This document shows, one piece after another, positions 63,522 to 64,000 of a stretch of DNA of 64,000 nt. The position numbers were made by a program, and so were the translations under genes. Source of the DNA: the human T2T-CHM13v2.0 reference genome, Homo sapiens; NCBI RefSeq assembly GCF_009914755.1, contig NC_060925.1. The stretch is one strand, 5' to 3'. The notes below the pieces were generated by a model. It ran no database searches. It saw nothing but the letters and a program-made list of their open reading frames with translations, and was not told the DNA's origin. Position 1 is the stretch's first letter, and every line of letters begins with the position of its first letter.

Positions 63522-64000
63522 CAAGGGACCCCAACCCCCAGGCCATGGACCAGTACTGTTAGGAACCAAGCCACACAGAAGGAGGTAGTGGCAGGTGAGC
63601 AAGTGAAGCTTCATTTGTATTTACAGCCACCCCCCATCATTTGCATTACCCCCGAGCTCCACCTCCTGTTAGATCAGCAGAGGCATTAGATTCTCACAGG
63701 AGCACAAACCCTATTGTGAACATGCGAGGGATCTAGGTTGCATGCTCTTTATGAGAATCTAATGCCTGATGATCTGTCACTGTCTTCCATCACCCCCCAG
63801 ATTGAACTGTCAAGTTGCAAGAAAACAAGCTCAGGGCTCCCACTGATTCTACATTACAGTGAGTTGTATAATTCTTTCATTATATATAACAGTGTAATAA
63901 TAATAGAAATAAAGTACACAATAAATGTAATGTGCTTGAATCATCCTGAAACCATCTGCTGATGCCCTGCCTGGTCTGTGGAAAAGCTGTCTTCCACAAA
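63522..64000 (+). mobile_element. MER1A hAT-Charlie MITE (runs off window end)
   Basis: CAAGGGACCCCAACCCCCAGGCCATGGACCAGTAC...GCATTAGATTCTCA...GAGAATCTAATGCCTGATGATCTG; target-like CTCTAGAA at 63514-63521. Confidence 0.9.

Overview
Repeat-dense primate (most likely human or another hominid) non-coding genomic DNA, intergenic or deep intronic. I found no credible protein-coding exon, RNA gene, CpG island or CRISPR-like array. The longer ORFs in the track are decayed L1 ORF1/ORF2, ERVL pol, MaLR, Alu or low-complexity readings. Most of the window is interspersed repeat: Alu J/S/Y, L1 (L1PA2, a full-length L1PA15-like copy, L1PB, L1MA/L1M), L2, MIR, MaLR LTRs (MLT1, MST, THE1), ERVL (LTR16 plus internal pol/dUTPase), ERV1 LTRs (MER4, MER57-like), an ERVK MER9 solo LTR and hAT MITEs (MER58, MER1A). 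Subfamily names come from my recollection of consensus sequences, and boundaries of old repeats are approximate. The most notable structure is 39147-43513, a 4.4-kb block flanked by a perfect 13-bp TSD. It reads as a young L1PA2 3' end carrying a ~3.9-kb 3' transduction (an old L1MA3 with an Alu-in-Alu inverted pair), possibly from two successive transduction rounds. The inverted Alu pair shows clustered A>G changes that may be ADAR edits fixed into DNA by retrotransposition. Also notable are a 240-bp locally templated copy pasted into the L1PA15 5'UTR, a strong CTCF motif at 37201, and an ERVL region whose two LTR16 copies look discordant. I see no new gene system; the findings concern retrotransposition and repair history and candidate regulatory sites.
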